A DNA stretch of 64,000 bases from Eledone cirrhosa (Eukaryota): the NCBI GenBank assembly GCA_964016885.1, contig OZ024749.1:11284001-11348000 (forward strand), in the 5' to 3' direction. The number at the start of each line of letters is the position of its first letter. Positions within the stretch are counted from its first letter, which is position 1. The position numbers and the translations under genes are program-made. This document shows positions 52,094-64,000 of the stretch, piece by piece. The notes below the pieces were generated by a model that was given only the letters and a program-made list of their open reading frames with translations, made no database searches and was not told where the DNA came from.

Positions 52094-52846
52094 GTATATA
52101 TATATATACACATATATGTCTACTGCAGTATATATATACATATATGTCTACTGCAGTATATATATATACACATATATATGTCTACTGCAGTATATATATA
52201 CACATATATGTCTACTGCAGTATATCCACATATATGTCTACTGCAGTATATACACATATATGTCTACTGCAGTATATATACACATATATGTCTACTGTAG
52301 TATATATATATACACATATATGTCTACTGCAGTATATATATATATATATATACACATATATACGTCTACTGTAGTATTTATATACACATATATGTCTACT
52401 GTAGTATATATATATATATATATGTCTACTGTAGTATATATATACAAATATATACGTCTACTGTAGTATATATATATACACATATATATGTCTACTGTAG
52501 TATATATATATATATATATGTGTCTACTGTAGTATATATCTGCACACATATATGTCTACTGTAGTATATATATACACACATATATGTCTACTGTAGTGTA
52601 TATATATATATATACACATATATGTCTACTGTAGTATATATATATACACACATATATGTCTACTGTAGTATATATATACACACATATATGTCTACTGTAG
52701 TATATATATACACACATATATGTCTACTGTAGTGTATATATATATATATACACATATATGTCTACTGTAGTATATATATATACACACATATATGTCTACT
52801 GTAGTATATATATACACACATATATGTCTACTGTAGTGTATATATA

Positions 52847-52902
52847 TACCCTTGCAAGCAGGGAAAAGTGGACGTAAAATGAAATGATGAAATGATGATG
52901 AT
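52847..52902 (+). mobile_element. Very short tail-A retroposon fragment
   Basis: ACCCTTGCAAGCAGGGAAAAGTGGACGTAAAATGAAATGATG. Confidence 0.7.
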
Positions 52903-52981
52903 ATATATATATGTCTACTGTAGTATATATATATACACATATATACGTCTACTGTAGTATATACACATATGTCTACTGTAG

Positions 52982-53020
<39 letters not shown>

Positions 53021-54504
53021 CTACTGTAGTATATATATACACACATATATGTCTACTGTAGTATATATATATACACACATATATGTCTACTGTAGTATAT
53101 ATACACACACATATATGTCTACTGCAGTATATATACACACATATATACGTCTACTGCAGTATATATATATATACACATATATAACTACTGCAGTATATAT
53201 ATATATATATACACATATATGTCTACTGCAGTATATATATACATATATGTCTACTGCAGTATATATATACACATATATATGTCTACTGTAGTATATATAT
53301 ACACACATATATGTCTACTATAGTATATATATATACACACATATATGTCTACTATAGTATATATATATACACACATATATAACTACTGCAGTATATATAT
53401 ATATACACATATATAACTACTGCAGTATAAATATAGATATATGTCTACTGTAGTATATATATACACATATATGTCTACTGCAGTATAAATATACACATAT
53501 ATGTCTACTGCAGTATATATATACACATATATATGTCTACCTGTTGTATATATATATATATACACATATATGTCTACTGCAGTATATATATACACATATA
53601 TATGTCTACTGCAGTATATATATACACATATATATGTCTACTGCAGTATATATATACACATATATATGTCTACTGCAGTATATATATACACATATATATG
53701 TTTACCTGTTGTATCATAAATGTACTTGAAGACGAAACAGTGTGTAAGAATTAAATCTTGTTTATTAAATGTCTTGCTTTCTCCTCCATATATTTTTCAT
53801 TATATGTGTGTACATTTGTGTGTGTTTTTATATAGTGGCCAAATGTTACAGCATGAATCTGTTAAAGGCTAGGTTATCAGACATACCCCACCCCACCATG
53901 ATAACTCTGCCTCACTGACATACAGATCCACGAAGTATATACCAACACAAAACTGGTCATCGTAATTTTCAAATTTTTTATTATTTTTTTTAATTATTTG
54001 AAAAATCATAGGCAGTGTCTTTCAATGAAACTATAGCAACAAAAGGTAATTTTTCCCTGCTAAAGTAGGAATTAGACTTGCAAGCCCCATGACAGGTTTG
54101 CTCTTGCTCATCATGGGATCCTTTATCATGCAGTACTTTATAGAATGATGCCCTTCGTTGTGCCAACCCTTTTACTTGCTTCTTACTACATGCAAGGTAC
54201 AGTGTAGTAAATCACAGCTCTTAAGAATAATATCTATCTATCTATTTTCTGCCAATATTAGGACAACATGACTCTCCCCAAATGTAAGAATGTCTGTTTC
54301 AACACACGATTTTATATCAAAAACCTTGCAAAATCATCGCCACTTCTATAAATTAGTTTTGAGTTGACTAAAATGGATTTGCTTGGAGCTATTTCTAACA
54401 CTCATTTTAATCTGTCCTGTTTATCTACCCTTCTATAAAATGTTATATTTACACGATGAGGTGATTATTTAAATATTGTCTTCCAAAGGTAGATGATTAG
54501 TATT

Positions 54505-54703
54505 TTAACCCTTTAGCATTCACATTACTCTATATATACTATTATATTTTCATGGTAAAGGCTTTATCTCACATAATATCGAATCTATGAGATTTTGAAA
54601 GTATTTATTTTGAGAACAATACCTTAACATCAGTTTGAGCGACCAGTTACAGCCAGTTTCAGCAGAAAGAGGTAGAGAATTTTGGCCGGTTTGAATATTA
54701 AAG
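54505..54703 (+). mobile_element. piggyBac-type MITE copy with a damaged right end
   Basis: TTAACCCTTTAGCATTCACATTAC...GAGAACAATACCTTAACATCAG...GGCCGGTTTGAATATTAAAG; homologous to 5157 and 57744. Confidence 0.75.
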
Positions 54704-55095
54704 CATGAGAGATATATTTTAGCAAAGACCTAAACATACTGAAGAGAATCATGAGGTTTACCAAAATCAATAATTGGTGATCGATACTAATTACTATAAT
54801 CGATGGTAAACAGTCTATTTTACTGAATCTTTGAGGCAGATCTATCTATGTAATTACAGCATAATCTTTATGTAAGTCCAGCATAATTCTAACACATAAG
54901 GATTTGTATTTAAATCTACATATCATTTGCTCTATATATATCTACAAAATACTAGTTTGTTCCTCATTTGATATATCCTTGTATATATCGTTTACAAATA
55001 TATTATATATAGATGCTCTGAACAGAAGTATATTGATATTTTTACTGAGAAACATTATCGATGTATTAATTAAACCCTAAATTAACTTTTATATA

Positions 55096-55690
55096 TACAG
55101 AAATCCCCCAGTTATCGTGGTTCCAGAACAAACCGCGATAAAGAGAAACCATAAAGACAACCATTGTTTTCATAGTTTAAGCCTTGAAATACCTCTCCTA
55201 CACGCTTTAAGTACATATAAACTCATTAAAACACACTTTTGTATTTAAACACCAAAAACAGCCAGTAACAATTGGATAGAAACTACCACCAACCATCATA
55301 CCACTAGTTACCAATGACAGCCATTACCAGCCATGGTAGCCTCTTGGTAATACACTGCACATCTCACATCAATCTATGAAGGGTTTGTAGTAGATTAGAG
55401 AAAAACATAATCAGTAAAACCGTAACGGAATGAAAAATAGAAACATTTTTATATTTAAAGCCTTACACTAACGCTATTCAGTTCAACCACATCGAAACTT
55501 ATTTAATAGGTTTAAATTTTAGACATTTTTTATTCAGACGTACTTTCCACAATAAGAAAATAGATGTGTTCTAACGAAAAATCCGCGATGTAGCGAAGAT
55601 TACCGCGATAGGAAATTAGATACGTTTCAAAGAAAAATCAGCAATGTAGCGGGACCGCGAAAAGTGAACCGTGATATAGCAGAGGCTTAT
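55096..55690. mobile_element. Degenerate pogo/Tigger-like MITE inserted in TA
   Basis: Left TACAGAAATCCCCCAGTTATCGTGGTTC; right GAACCGTGATATAGCAGAGG; internal repeated CCGCGAT motifs; TIRs imperfect. Confidence 0.5.
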
Positions 55691-55984
55691 ATATATATAA
55701 AAGTTTGAGAATTTTACCTTTCTTTCTACATATACACCGTCACCATATCTGCTAGTAACTAAATGTGTGCACTCTGAACAGCTGATTGCTGGCCGGCGGC
55801 CATTGAATTAATACCAGCAATCTTCGTTAATTTTATATATTTATAAAGATGCAAGCATGGATTCAGACAGGATGGTATCAAAAGTGTTGAAGAAAACTTC
55901 ATGAATCAGAACATTTGAAAGATATCAGAAATGGAACATTGTGCAAATTTTATAAAGTCAACTTTCATCTGATAAAAGGAACTA

Positions 55985-57165
55985 TTCCCCTTCCCATAAC
56001 ATATTTCTAAAGACACTGTCTGTCATTAACCCTTTCATTACCATATTTCAAATGAAATATATGTCTATGTCATTAACCCTTTCATAACCATATTTCTAAT
56101 GAAAGATACTGTATATGTCATTAATCCTTTCATTACCATATTTCTAATGAAAGACACTGTCTATGTCATTAACCCTTTCATTACAATATTTCTAATGAAA
56201 GACACTGTCTATGTCATTAACCCTTTCATTACCATATTTCTAATGAAAGACACTGTCTATGTCATTAACCCTGTCATTACCATATTTCTAATTAAAGACA
56301 CTGTCTATGTCATTAATCCTTTCATTACCATATTTCTAATTAAAGACACTGCCTATGTCATTAACCCTTTCATTACAATATTTCTAATGAAAGACAGTCT
56401 ATGTCATTAACCCTTTCATTACCATATTTCTAATGAAAGACACTGTCTATGTCATTAACCCTGTCATTACCATATTTCTAATGAAAGACACTCTCTATGT
56501 CATTAATCCTTTCATTACCATATTTCTAATTAAAGACACTGTCTATGTCATTAATCCTTTCATTACCATATTTCTAATTAAAGACACTGTCTATGTCATT
56601 AATCCTTTCATTACCATATTTCTAATTAAAGACACTGCCTATGTCATTAACCCTTTCATTACAATATTTCTAATGAAAGACACTGTCTATGTCATTAACC
56701 CTTTCATTACCATATTTCTAATGAAAGACACTGTCTATGTCATTAACCCTGTCATTACCATATTTCTAATGAAAGACACTGTCTATGTCATTAACCCTTT
56801 CATTACCATATTTCTAATTAAAGACACTGTTTATGTCATTAATCCTTTCATTACCATATTTCTAATGAAAGACACTGTCTATGTCATTAACCCTTTCATT
56901 ACCATATTTCTAATGAAAGACACTGTCTATGTCATTAACCCTGTCATTACCATATTTCTAATGAAAGACACTGTCTATATCATTAATCCTTTCATTACCA
57001 TATTTCTAATTAAAGACACTGTCTATGTCATTAATCCTTTCATTACCATATTTCTAATGAAAGACACTGTCTATGTCATTAATCCTTTCATTACCATATT
57101 TCTAAAGAGACTGTCTATGTCATTAACCCTTTCATTACCATATTTCTAATGAAAGACTGTCTATG
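55985..57165. repeat. 48-bp minisatellite (~24 copies), AATGAAAGACACTGTCTATGTCATTAACCCTTTCATTACCATATTTCT
   Basis: Read directly; each unit contains a TTAA-CCCTTT piggyBac-type terminus. Confidence 0.95.
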
Positions 57166-57336
57166 ATTTTCAATTAATTTTTAAACAATCAAGAATTTTG
57201 AGTGATTTAGTAATATAGCTTTTTCATTAAGTTGGTGTTTGCAACATATCAAAGGTTCTTACATATAATTATGATGGAAAGTTTTGAATCCTAAAACTAG
57301 AGACGATTTCAGGCAGTTTGGTATAAAAAGGGCTAA
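57123..57336 (+). mobile_element. Second piggyBac-type MITE family copy whose left end equals the 48-bp unit
   Basis: TTAA-CCCTTTCATTACC ... GGTATAAAAAGGG-CTAA (imperfect TIR pair); another left end starts at ~57334. Confidence 0.6.
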
Positions 57337-57743
57337 TCCTTTCATTATTATATTTCTAATAAAAGACACTGTCTATGATTTCCAAATAATTTTCAAATCC
57401 TTATGAAGCTGGTGTTTTTTTTTTTAGATAAGTGCAAACATTTTGGGTTTGTTGAGTTGGAGAAAGCTTTTGTTAGGATTCTATTTGACTTAGTGGCATA
57501 GGCACCAAGGAGTGGACGTATGGCTAGAGTAGTGATGACAATATATGAGAAAGTGTGTATACAGTGATAAGGAAGGAAGATGGGAACACTGACATGTAAA
57601 GTCAGGGGTTTGGTGAAGGGAGATGCAGACAATAGAGAAGCTTGTCATGGCACCCCATGCAAAACCAACACCTGCTTCAGCAGAGAAAATAACCTTGAAA
57701 TGTTTGGTGTTGTTGTTGGCTAGGGCCCCTGACCACTAACGCC

Positions 57744-57948
57744 TTAACCCTTTAGCATTTACATTACTTTATATTTACTATTGTATTTTATGTTAAACAC
57801 TTTATTTCACATAATTATCTCACATATCGAATCTACAAGATTTTAATATTATTATTTTGAGAACAATACCTTAACATCAGTATGAGCAGCCGGTTACAGC
57901 TGGTTTGAACAGAAAGTTTAAATGCCGGTTTAAATGCTAAAGGGTTAA
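57744..57948 (+). mobile_element. Intact piggyBac-type MITE
   Basis: TTAA-CCCTTTAGCATTTA ... TAAATGCTAAAGGG-TTAA, perfect TIRs. Confidence 0.85.
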
Positions 57949-58072
57949 AATTCTCTGTGTTATTATATAAATATTTTAAAATGAACAGTTTTGTATCCTA
58001 GAACTGTGGCAGTTTCAGGTAAGGTTAGTAAAGTAAGAAAGTGAAAGGAATGAGTTTCATTATAAATCTTAC

Positions 58073-58214
58073 CTGTAATTAACACTCTTTGATTGTCTTC
58101 ATCAGGTGAGTGGTTGTGATGAGAGGATCGACTGAGAAATATACTTGAAGTAGGAGGAAGATCAAGAATTTTACTTAAAATACCAAATGTTCTTCTCAAC
58201 ACAGATCTATTCAT
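58073..58214 (-). CDS. TDH: Probable first coding exon of TDH (exon 58073-58260, ATG at 58214): mitochondrial transit peptide plus start of the Rossmann fold
   Basis: Acceptor TTCTTTCTCTTTTCAG| at 58261 and donor AG|GTAAGA at 58072; MNRSVLRRTFGILSKILDLPPTSSIFLSRSSHHNHSPDEDNQRVLIT(G), 142 nt, phase 1. The frame is also open upstream of the ATG, so the start is not certain. Confidence 0.82.
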
Positions 58215-60570
58215 ATTTACAGATATGAAAGTCACTAGCACAAACAACAAATTGGTAAAGCTGAAAAGAGAAAGAATAATATATAGATTGACCAATGCCT
58301 TAGGAGTGAAATTTGGAGAGGAAAAAAGTTATTGTGATATTGAATATTCAATGTACAGCACTCAGGATAATTTTGTCATTAAAAAATGCATCTTATACAC
58401 TATACATAAAACATTGTACATAAATTGCAAATTATAAGTAAAAATCCCACTGTACATAACTATTATAACTATTAGTAGAAAAGATATATTATACAGAAAT
58501 ATTATAACTATTACTAGAAAAGGTATATTATAACTATTACTAGAAAAGGTATATTATACAGAAATATTATAACTATTACTAGAAAAAGTATATTATACAG
58601 AATTATTATAACTATTACTAGAAAAGATATATTATACAGAAATATTATAACTATTAGTAGAAAAGGTATATTATACAGAAATATTATAACTATTACTAGA
58701 AAAGATATATTATACAGAAATATTATAACTATTACTAGAAAAGGTATATTATACAGAAATATTATAACTATTACTAGAAAAGGTATATTATACAGAAATA
58801 TTATAACTATTACTAGAAAAGGTATATTATACAGAAATATTATAACTATTACTAGAAAAGATATATTATACAGAAATATTATAACTATTACTAGAAAAGA
58901 TATATTATACAGAAATATTATAACTATTACTAGAAAAGATATATTATACAGAAATATTATAACTATTACTAGAAAAGATGTATTATACAGAAATATTATA
59001 ACTATTACTAGAAAAGATATATTATACAGAAATATTATAACTATTACTAGAAAAGATATATTATAGAGAAATATTATAACTATTACTAGAAAAGGTATAT
59101 TATACAGAAATATTATAACTATTACTAGAAAAGATATATTATACAGAATTATTATAACTATTAGTATAAAAGATATATTATACAGAAATATTATAACTAT
59201 TACTAGAAAAGGTATATTATACAGAAATATAACTATTACTAGAAAAAGTATATTATATAGAAATATTATAACTATTACTAGAAAAGATATATTATACAGA
59301 AATATTATAACTATTACTAGAAAAGATATATTATACAGAAATATTATAACTATTACTAGAAAAGATGTATTATACAGAAATATTATAACTATTACTAGAA
59401 AAGATATATTATACAGAAATATTATAACTATTACTAGAAAAGATATATTATAGAGAAATATTATAACTATTACTAGAAAAGGTATATTATACAGAAATAT
59501 TATAACTATTACTAGAAAAGATATATTATACAGAATTATTATAACTATTAGTATAAAAGATATATTATACAGAAATATTATAACTATTAGTAGAAAAGGT
59601 ATATTATACAGAAATATTATAACTATTACTAGAAAAGGTATATTATACAGAAATATAACTATTACTAGAAAAAGTATATTATACAGAAATATTATAACTA
59701 TTACTAGAAAAGATATATTATACAGAAATATTATAACTATTACTAGAAAAGATTTATTATAGAGAAATATTATAACTATTACTAGAAAAGGTATATTATA
59801 CAGAAATATAATTATTACTAGAAAAGATATATTATACAGAATTATTATAACTATTAGTATAAAAGATATATTATACAGAAATATTATAACTATTAGTAGA
59901 AAAGGTATATTATACAGAAATATTATAACTATTACTAGAAAAAGTATATTATACAGAAATATTATAACTATTAGTAGAAAAGGTATATTATACAGAAATA
60001 TTATAACTATTACTAGAAAAGATATATTATAACTATTACTAGAAAAGGTATATTATACAGAAATATTATAACTATTACTAGAAAAAGTATATTATACAGA
60101 AATATAACTATTACTAGAAAAGATATATTATAACTATTACTAGAAAAGGTATATTATACAGAAATATTATAACTATTACTAGAAAAGATATATTATACGG
60201 AATTATATTAACTATTAGTATAAAAGATATATTATACAGAAATATTATAACTATTAGTAGAAAAGGTATATTATACAGAAATATTATAACTATTACTAGA
60301 AAAGGTATATTATACAGAAATATTATAACTATTACTAGAAAAAGTATATTATACAGAAATATTATAACTATTACTAGAAAAGATATATTATACAGAATTA
60401 TTATAACTATTAGTATAAAAGATATATTATACAGAAATATTATAACTATTAGTAGAAAAGGTATATTATACAGAAATATTATAACTATTACTAGAAAAGA
60501 TATATTATACAGAAATATTATAACTATTACTAGAAAAGATATATTATACAGAAATATTATAACTATTACT

Positions 60571-60910
60571 GGAGGCACATGGCTTAGTGGTTAGAGCATT
60601 GGCCTTGCAATCGAAAGGTTGTGAGTTCAATTCTCAGACCGGGTGATGTGTTGTGTCCTTGAGCAAGACACTTTATTTCACATTGCTCCAGTTTACTCAG
60701 CTGTAGAAATGAGATGATAGGGACTCAGGTCCCTATCATTCCACTGTAAAGTGGTCGTGGAGGTGCCACGGTAAAAAAGCACCCAGCACTCACTGTGAAT
60801 GAGGTTGGTGTTAGGAAGGGCATCCAGCTGTAGAAATCAAGCCAGAATCAGTTCCCGTCCTACCCTTGCAAGCAGGGAAAAGCGGACGTAAAATGATGAT
60901 GATGATGATG
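60571..60910 (+). mobile_element. Full-length young CORE-SINE (340 bp, tail A) with ATTACT target duplication
   Basis: A box TGGCTTAGTGG, B box GAGTTCAATTC, CORE, hairpin, (ATG)n; ATTACT on both sides. Confidence 0.9.
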
Positions 60911-62587
60911 ATTACTAGAAAAGATATATTATACAGAAATATTATAACTATTACTAGAAAAGGTATATTATACAGAAATATTATAACTATTACTAGAAAA
61001 GGTATATTATACAGAAATATAACTATTACTAGAAAAGGTATATTATACAGAAATATAACTATTACTAGAAAAGGTATATTATACAGAAATATAACTATTA
61101 CTAGAAAAGGTATATTATACAGAAATATAACTATTACTAGAAAAAGTATGTTATATAGAAATATTATAACTATTACTAGAAAAGATATATTATACAGAAA
61201 TATTATAACTATTACTAGAAAAGATATATTATACAGAAATATTATAACTATTACTAGAAAAGATGTATTATACAGAAATATTATAACTATTACTAGAAAA
61301 GATATATTATACAGAAATATTATAACTATTACTAGAAAAGATATATTATAGAGAAATATTATAACTATTACTAGAAAAGGTATATTATACAGAAATATTA
61401 TAACTATTACTAGAAAAGATATATTATACAGAATTATTATAACTATTAGTATAAAAGATATATTATACAGAAATATTATAACTATTAGTAGAAAAGGTAT
61501 ATTATACAGAAATATTATAACTATTACTAGAAAAGGTATATTATACAGAAATATTATAACTATTACTAGAAAAGGTATATTATACAGAAATATAACTATT
61601 ACTAGAAAAGGTATATTATACAGAAATATAACTATTACTAGAAAAGGTATATTATACAGAAATATAACTATTACTAGAAAAGGTATATTATACAGAAATA
61701 TTATAACTATTACTAGAAAAGGTATATTATACAGAAATATAACTATTACTAGAAAAAGTATATTATACAGAAATATTATAACTATTACTAGAAAAGATAT
61801 ATTATACAGAAATATTATAACTATTACTAGAAAAGATATATTATAGAGAAATATTATAACTATTACTAGAAAAGGTATATTATACAGAAATATTATAACT
61901 ATTACTAGAAAAGATATATTATACAGAATTATTATAACTATTAGTATAAAAGATATATTATACAGAAATATTATAACTATTAGTAGAAAAGGTATATTAT
62001 ACAGAAATATTATAACTATTACTAGAAAAGGTATATTATACAGAAATATTATAACTATTACTAGAAAAAGTATATTATACAGAAATATTATAACTATTAG
62101 TAGAAAAGGTATATTATACAGAAATATTATAACTATTACTAGAAATGGTATATTATAACAGAAATATTATAACTATTACTAGAAAAGATATATTATACAG
62201 AAATATAACTATTACTAGAAAAGGTATATTATACAGAAATATTATAACTATTACTAGAAAAAGTATATTATACAGAAATATAACTATTACTAGAAAAGAT
62301 ATATTATAACTATTACTAGAAAAGGTATATTATACAGAAATATTATAACTATTACTAGAAAAGATATATTATACAGAAATATTATAACTATTACTAGAAA
62401 AGGTATATTATACAGAAATATTATAACTATTACTAGAAAAGATATATTATACAGAAATATAACTATTACTAGAAAAGGTATATTATACAGAAATATTATA
62501 ACTATTACTAGAAAAGATATATTATACAGAAATATTATAACTATTACTAGAAAAGATATATTATACAGAAATATTATAACTATTACT

Positions 62588-62927
62588 GGAGGCACATGGC
62601 TTAGTGGTTAGAGCATTGGCCTTGCAATCGAAAGGTTGTGAGTTCAATTCTCAGACCGGGTGATGTGTTGTGTCCTTGAGCAAGACACTTTATTTCACAT
62701 TGCTCCAGTTTACTCAGCTGTAGAAATGAGATGATAGGGACTGAGGTCCCTATCATTCCACTGTAAAGTGATCGTGGAGGTGCCACGGTAAAAAAGCACC
62801 CAGCACTCACTGTGAATGAGGTTGGTGTTAGGAAGGGCATCCAGCTGTAGAAATCAAGCCAGAATCAGTTCCCGTCCTACCCTTGCAAGCAGGGAAAAGC
62901 GGACGTAAAATGATGATGATGATGATG
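62588..62927 (+). mobile_element. Near-identical duplicate of the 60571 SINE
   Basis: Same length and junctions; two substitutions seen. Confidence 0.9.
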
Positions 62928-63803
62928 ATTACTAGAAAAGATATATTATACAGAATTATTATAACTAGTACTAGAAAAGATATATTATACAGAAATATTA
63001 TAACTATTACTAGAAAAGGTATATTATACAGAAATATTATAACTATTACTAGAAAAGATATATTATACAGAAATATAACTATTACTAGAAAAGGTATATT
63101 ATACAGAAATATAACTATTACTAGAAAAGGTATATTATACAGAAATATAACTATTACTAGAAAAGGTATATTATACAGAAATATAACTATTACTAGAAAA
63201 GGTATATTATACAGAAATATAACTATTACTAGAAAAGGTATATTATACAGAAATATAACTATTACTAGAAAAAGTTAATTTAACAGAAATATAACTATTA
63301 CTAGAAAAGATATATTATACAGAAATATTATAACTATTACTAGAAGGTAATAGATTATATTATAACTACTACTAGAGAAGATAATAGATTATATTATAAC
63401 TACTACTAGAAGGCGTAAATTAACAGCCTTCATCTAAAAATAATTCACCTAGTTTTTCTTTTTTTGTTTACTTTTTGTTATAATATAAGCTGGCAGCATC
63501 ATTATAAAAGGATTTATCTCGAGAAGGAAAAACATTTCTCCTCTTTAACACACTCAAGGTTTAATAGCTATTTCAAGGTGTCGGTATCTATGTTGTTATT
63601 TCAGAGTTGTACTTGATCTGAGACCTTGTGTTGAAACTAAAATATCTGTGGAAAAGTCATTTTAGCGATTTGAAACACACACACATAACTTCACTTTATA
63701 TAATATATATATATCATTTATTTGCTAGTGTCAAGATTTTCTTCACCTGAACTGAGTTCAAATCCTGCCAAAGTCAATGTTGCCTTTCATTGGGTGAATT
63801 ACT

Positions 63804-63905
63804 GCAGAGAGAGGGTGTGACGAGAGAGAGAGGTGGGCGAGAAAGAGAAGGTGAGAGAGAGGTGGGTGAGAGATGGGGAGGAGAAAAGGTGGGAGAGAAA
63901 TAGAA

Positions 63906-63971
<66 letters not shown>

Positions 63972-63995
63972 GGGAGAGAGAGAAGGTGGGAGAGA
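63804..63995. repeat. GA-rich polypurine tract with a (GA)n microsatellite
   Basis: Read directly. Confidence 0.9.
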
Positions 63996-64000
63996 AAAAA

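Larger units (their letters stand above)
49870..53712. repeat. AT-rich minisatellite with ~26-32-bp unit ATGTCTACTG(T/C)AG(TA)nCATAT, interrupted by SINE pieces
   Basis: Read directly; unit length varies with the TA run. Confidence 0.95.
58452..63412. repeat. 39-bp AT-rich satellite with 36-bp variants, ATATATTATACAGAAATATTATAACTATTACTAGAAAAG
   Basis: Read directly; two SINE copies are embedded. Confidence 0.95.

Noticed and set aside
50286-53754. Many Tyr/Ile-rich ORFs
   Set aside because: Translations of the TA-rich minisatellite.
56433-57149. 238-aa ORF (MKDTVYVINPFITIFL)n
   Set aside because: It is the translation of a 48-bp MITE-derived repeat whose period is a multiple of 3; there is no splice or homology support.
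60571-60645. tRNA-Cys-like gene (GCA anticodon-like loop, A and B boxes)
   Set aside because: The acceptor and anticodon stems pair poorly and it runs directly into the CORE domain and tail; it is a SINE head.
60114-63278. ORFs (ITRKDILYRNIIT)n and their reverse-strand counterparts
   Set aside because: By-products of the 39/36-bp satellite, with starts supplied by SINE sequence.

Overview
This is AT-rich eukaryotic DNA, not prokaryotic; the SINE, MITE and LINE families point to an octopod cephalopod (inference). The window lies inside a minus-strand gene for mitochondrial L-threonine 3-dehydrogenase (TDH). Two exons (58073-58260 and 45985-46027) splice in frame to give a transit peptide followed by RVLITG|SLGQLG. 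The rest appears intronic, and the downstream intron appears to be at least 46 kb. It is dominated by a ~38.7-kb array of a 19-bp satellite that seems to have grown inside the 3' tail of one minus-strand SINE, whose two halves still flank it. The array is interrupted four times by the same cassette (unique segment, 40-bp tandem array, hairpin segment), possibly a circularly permuted rolling-circle element. Also present: a 5'-truncated Penelope-like element (GIY-YIG, inverted pseudo-LTRs, hammerhead motifs), CR1, RTE and Tx1 LINE remnants, tRNA-CORE SINEs with three alternative tails, mariner, pogo and piggyBac-type MITEs, and several more tandem arrays that mostly trace to transposon ends. Family names come from motif recognition by eye; no database search was run.
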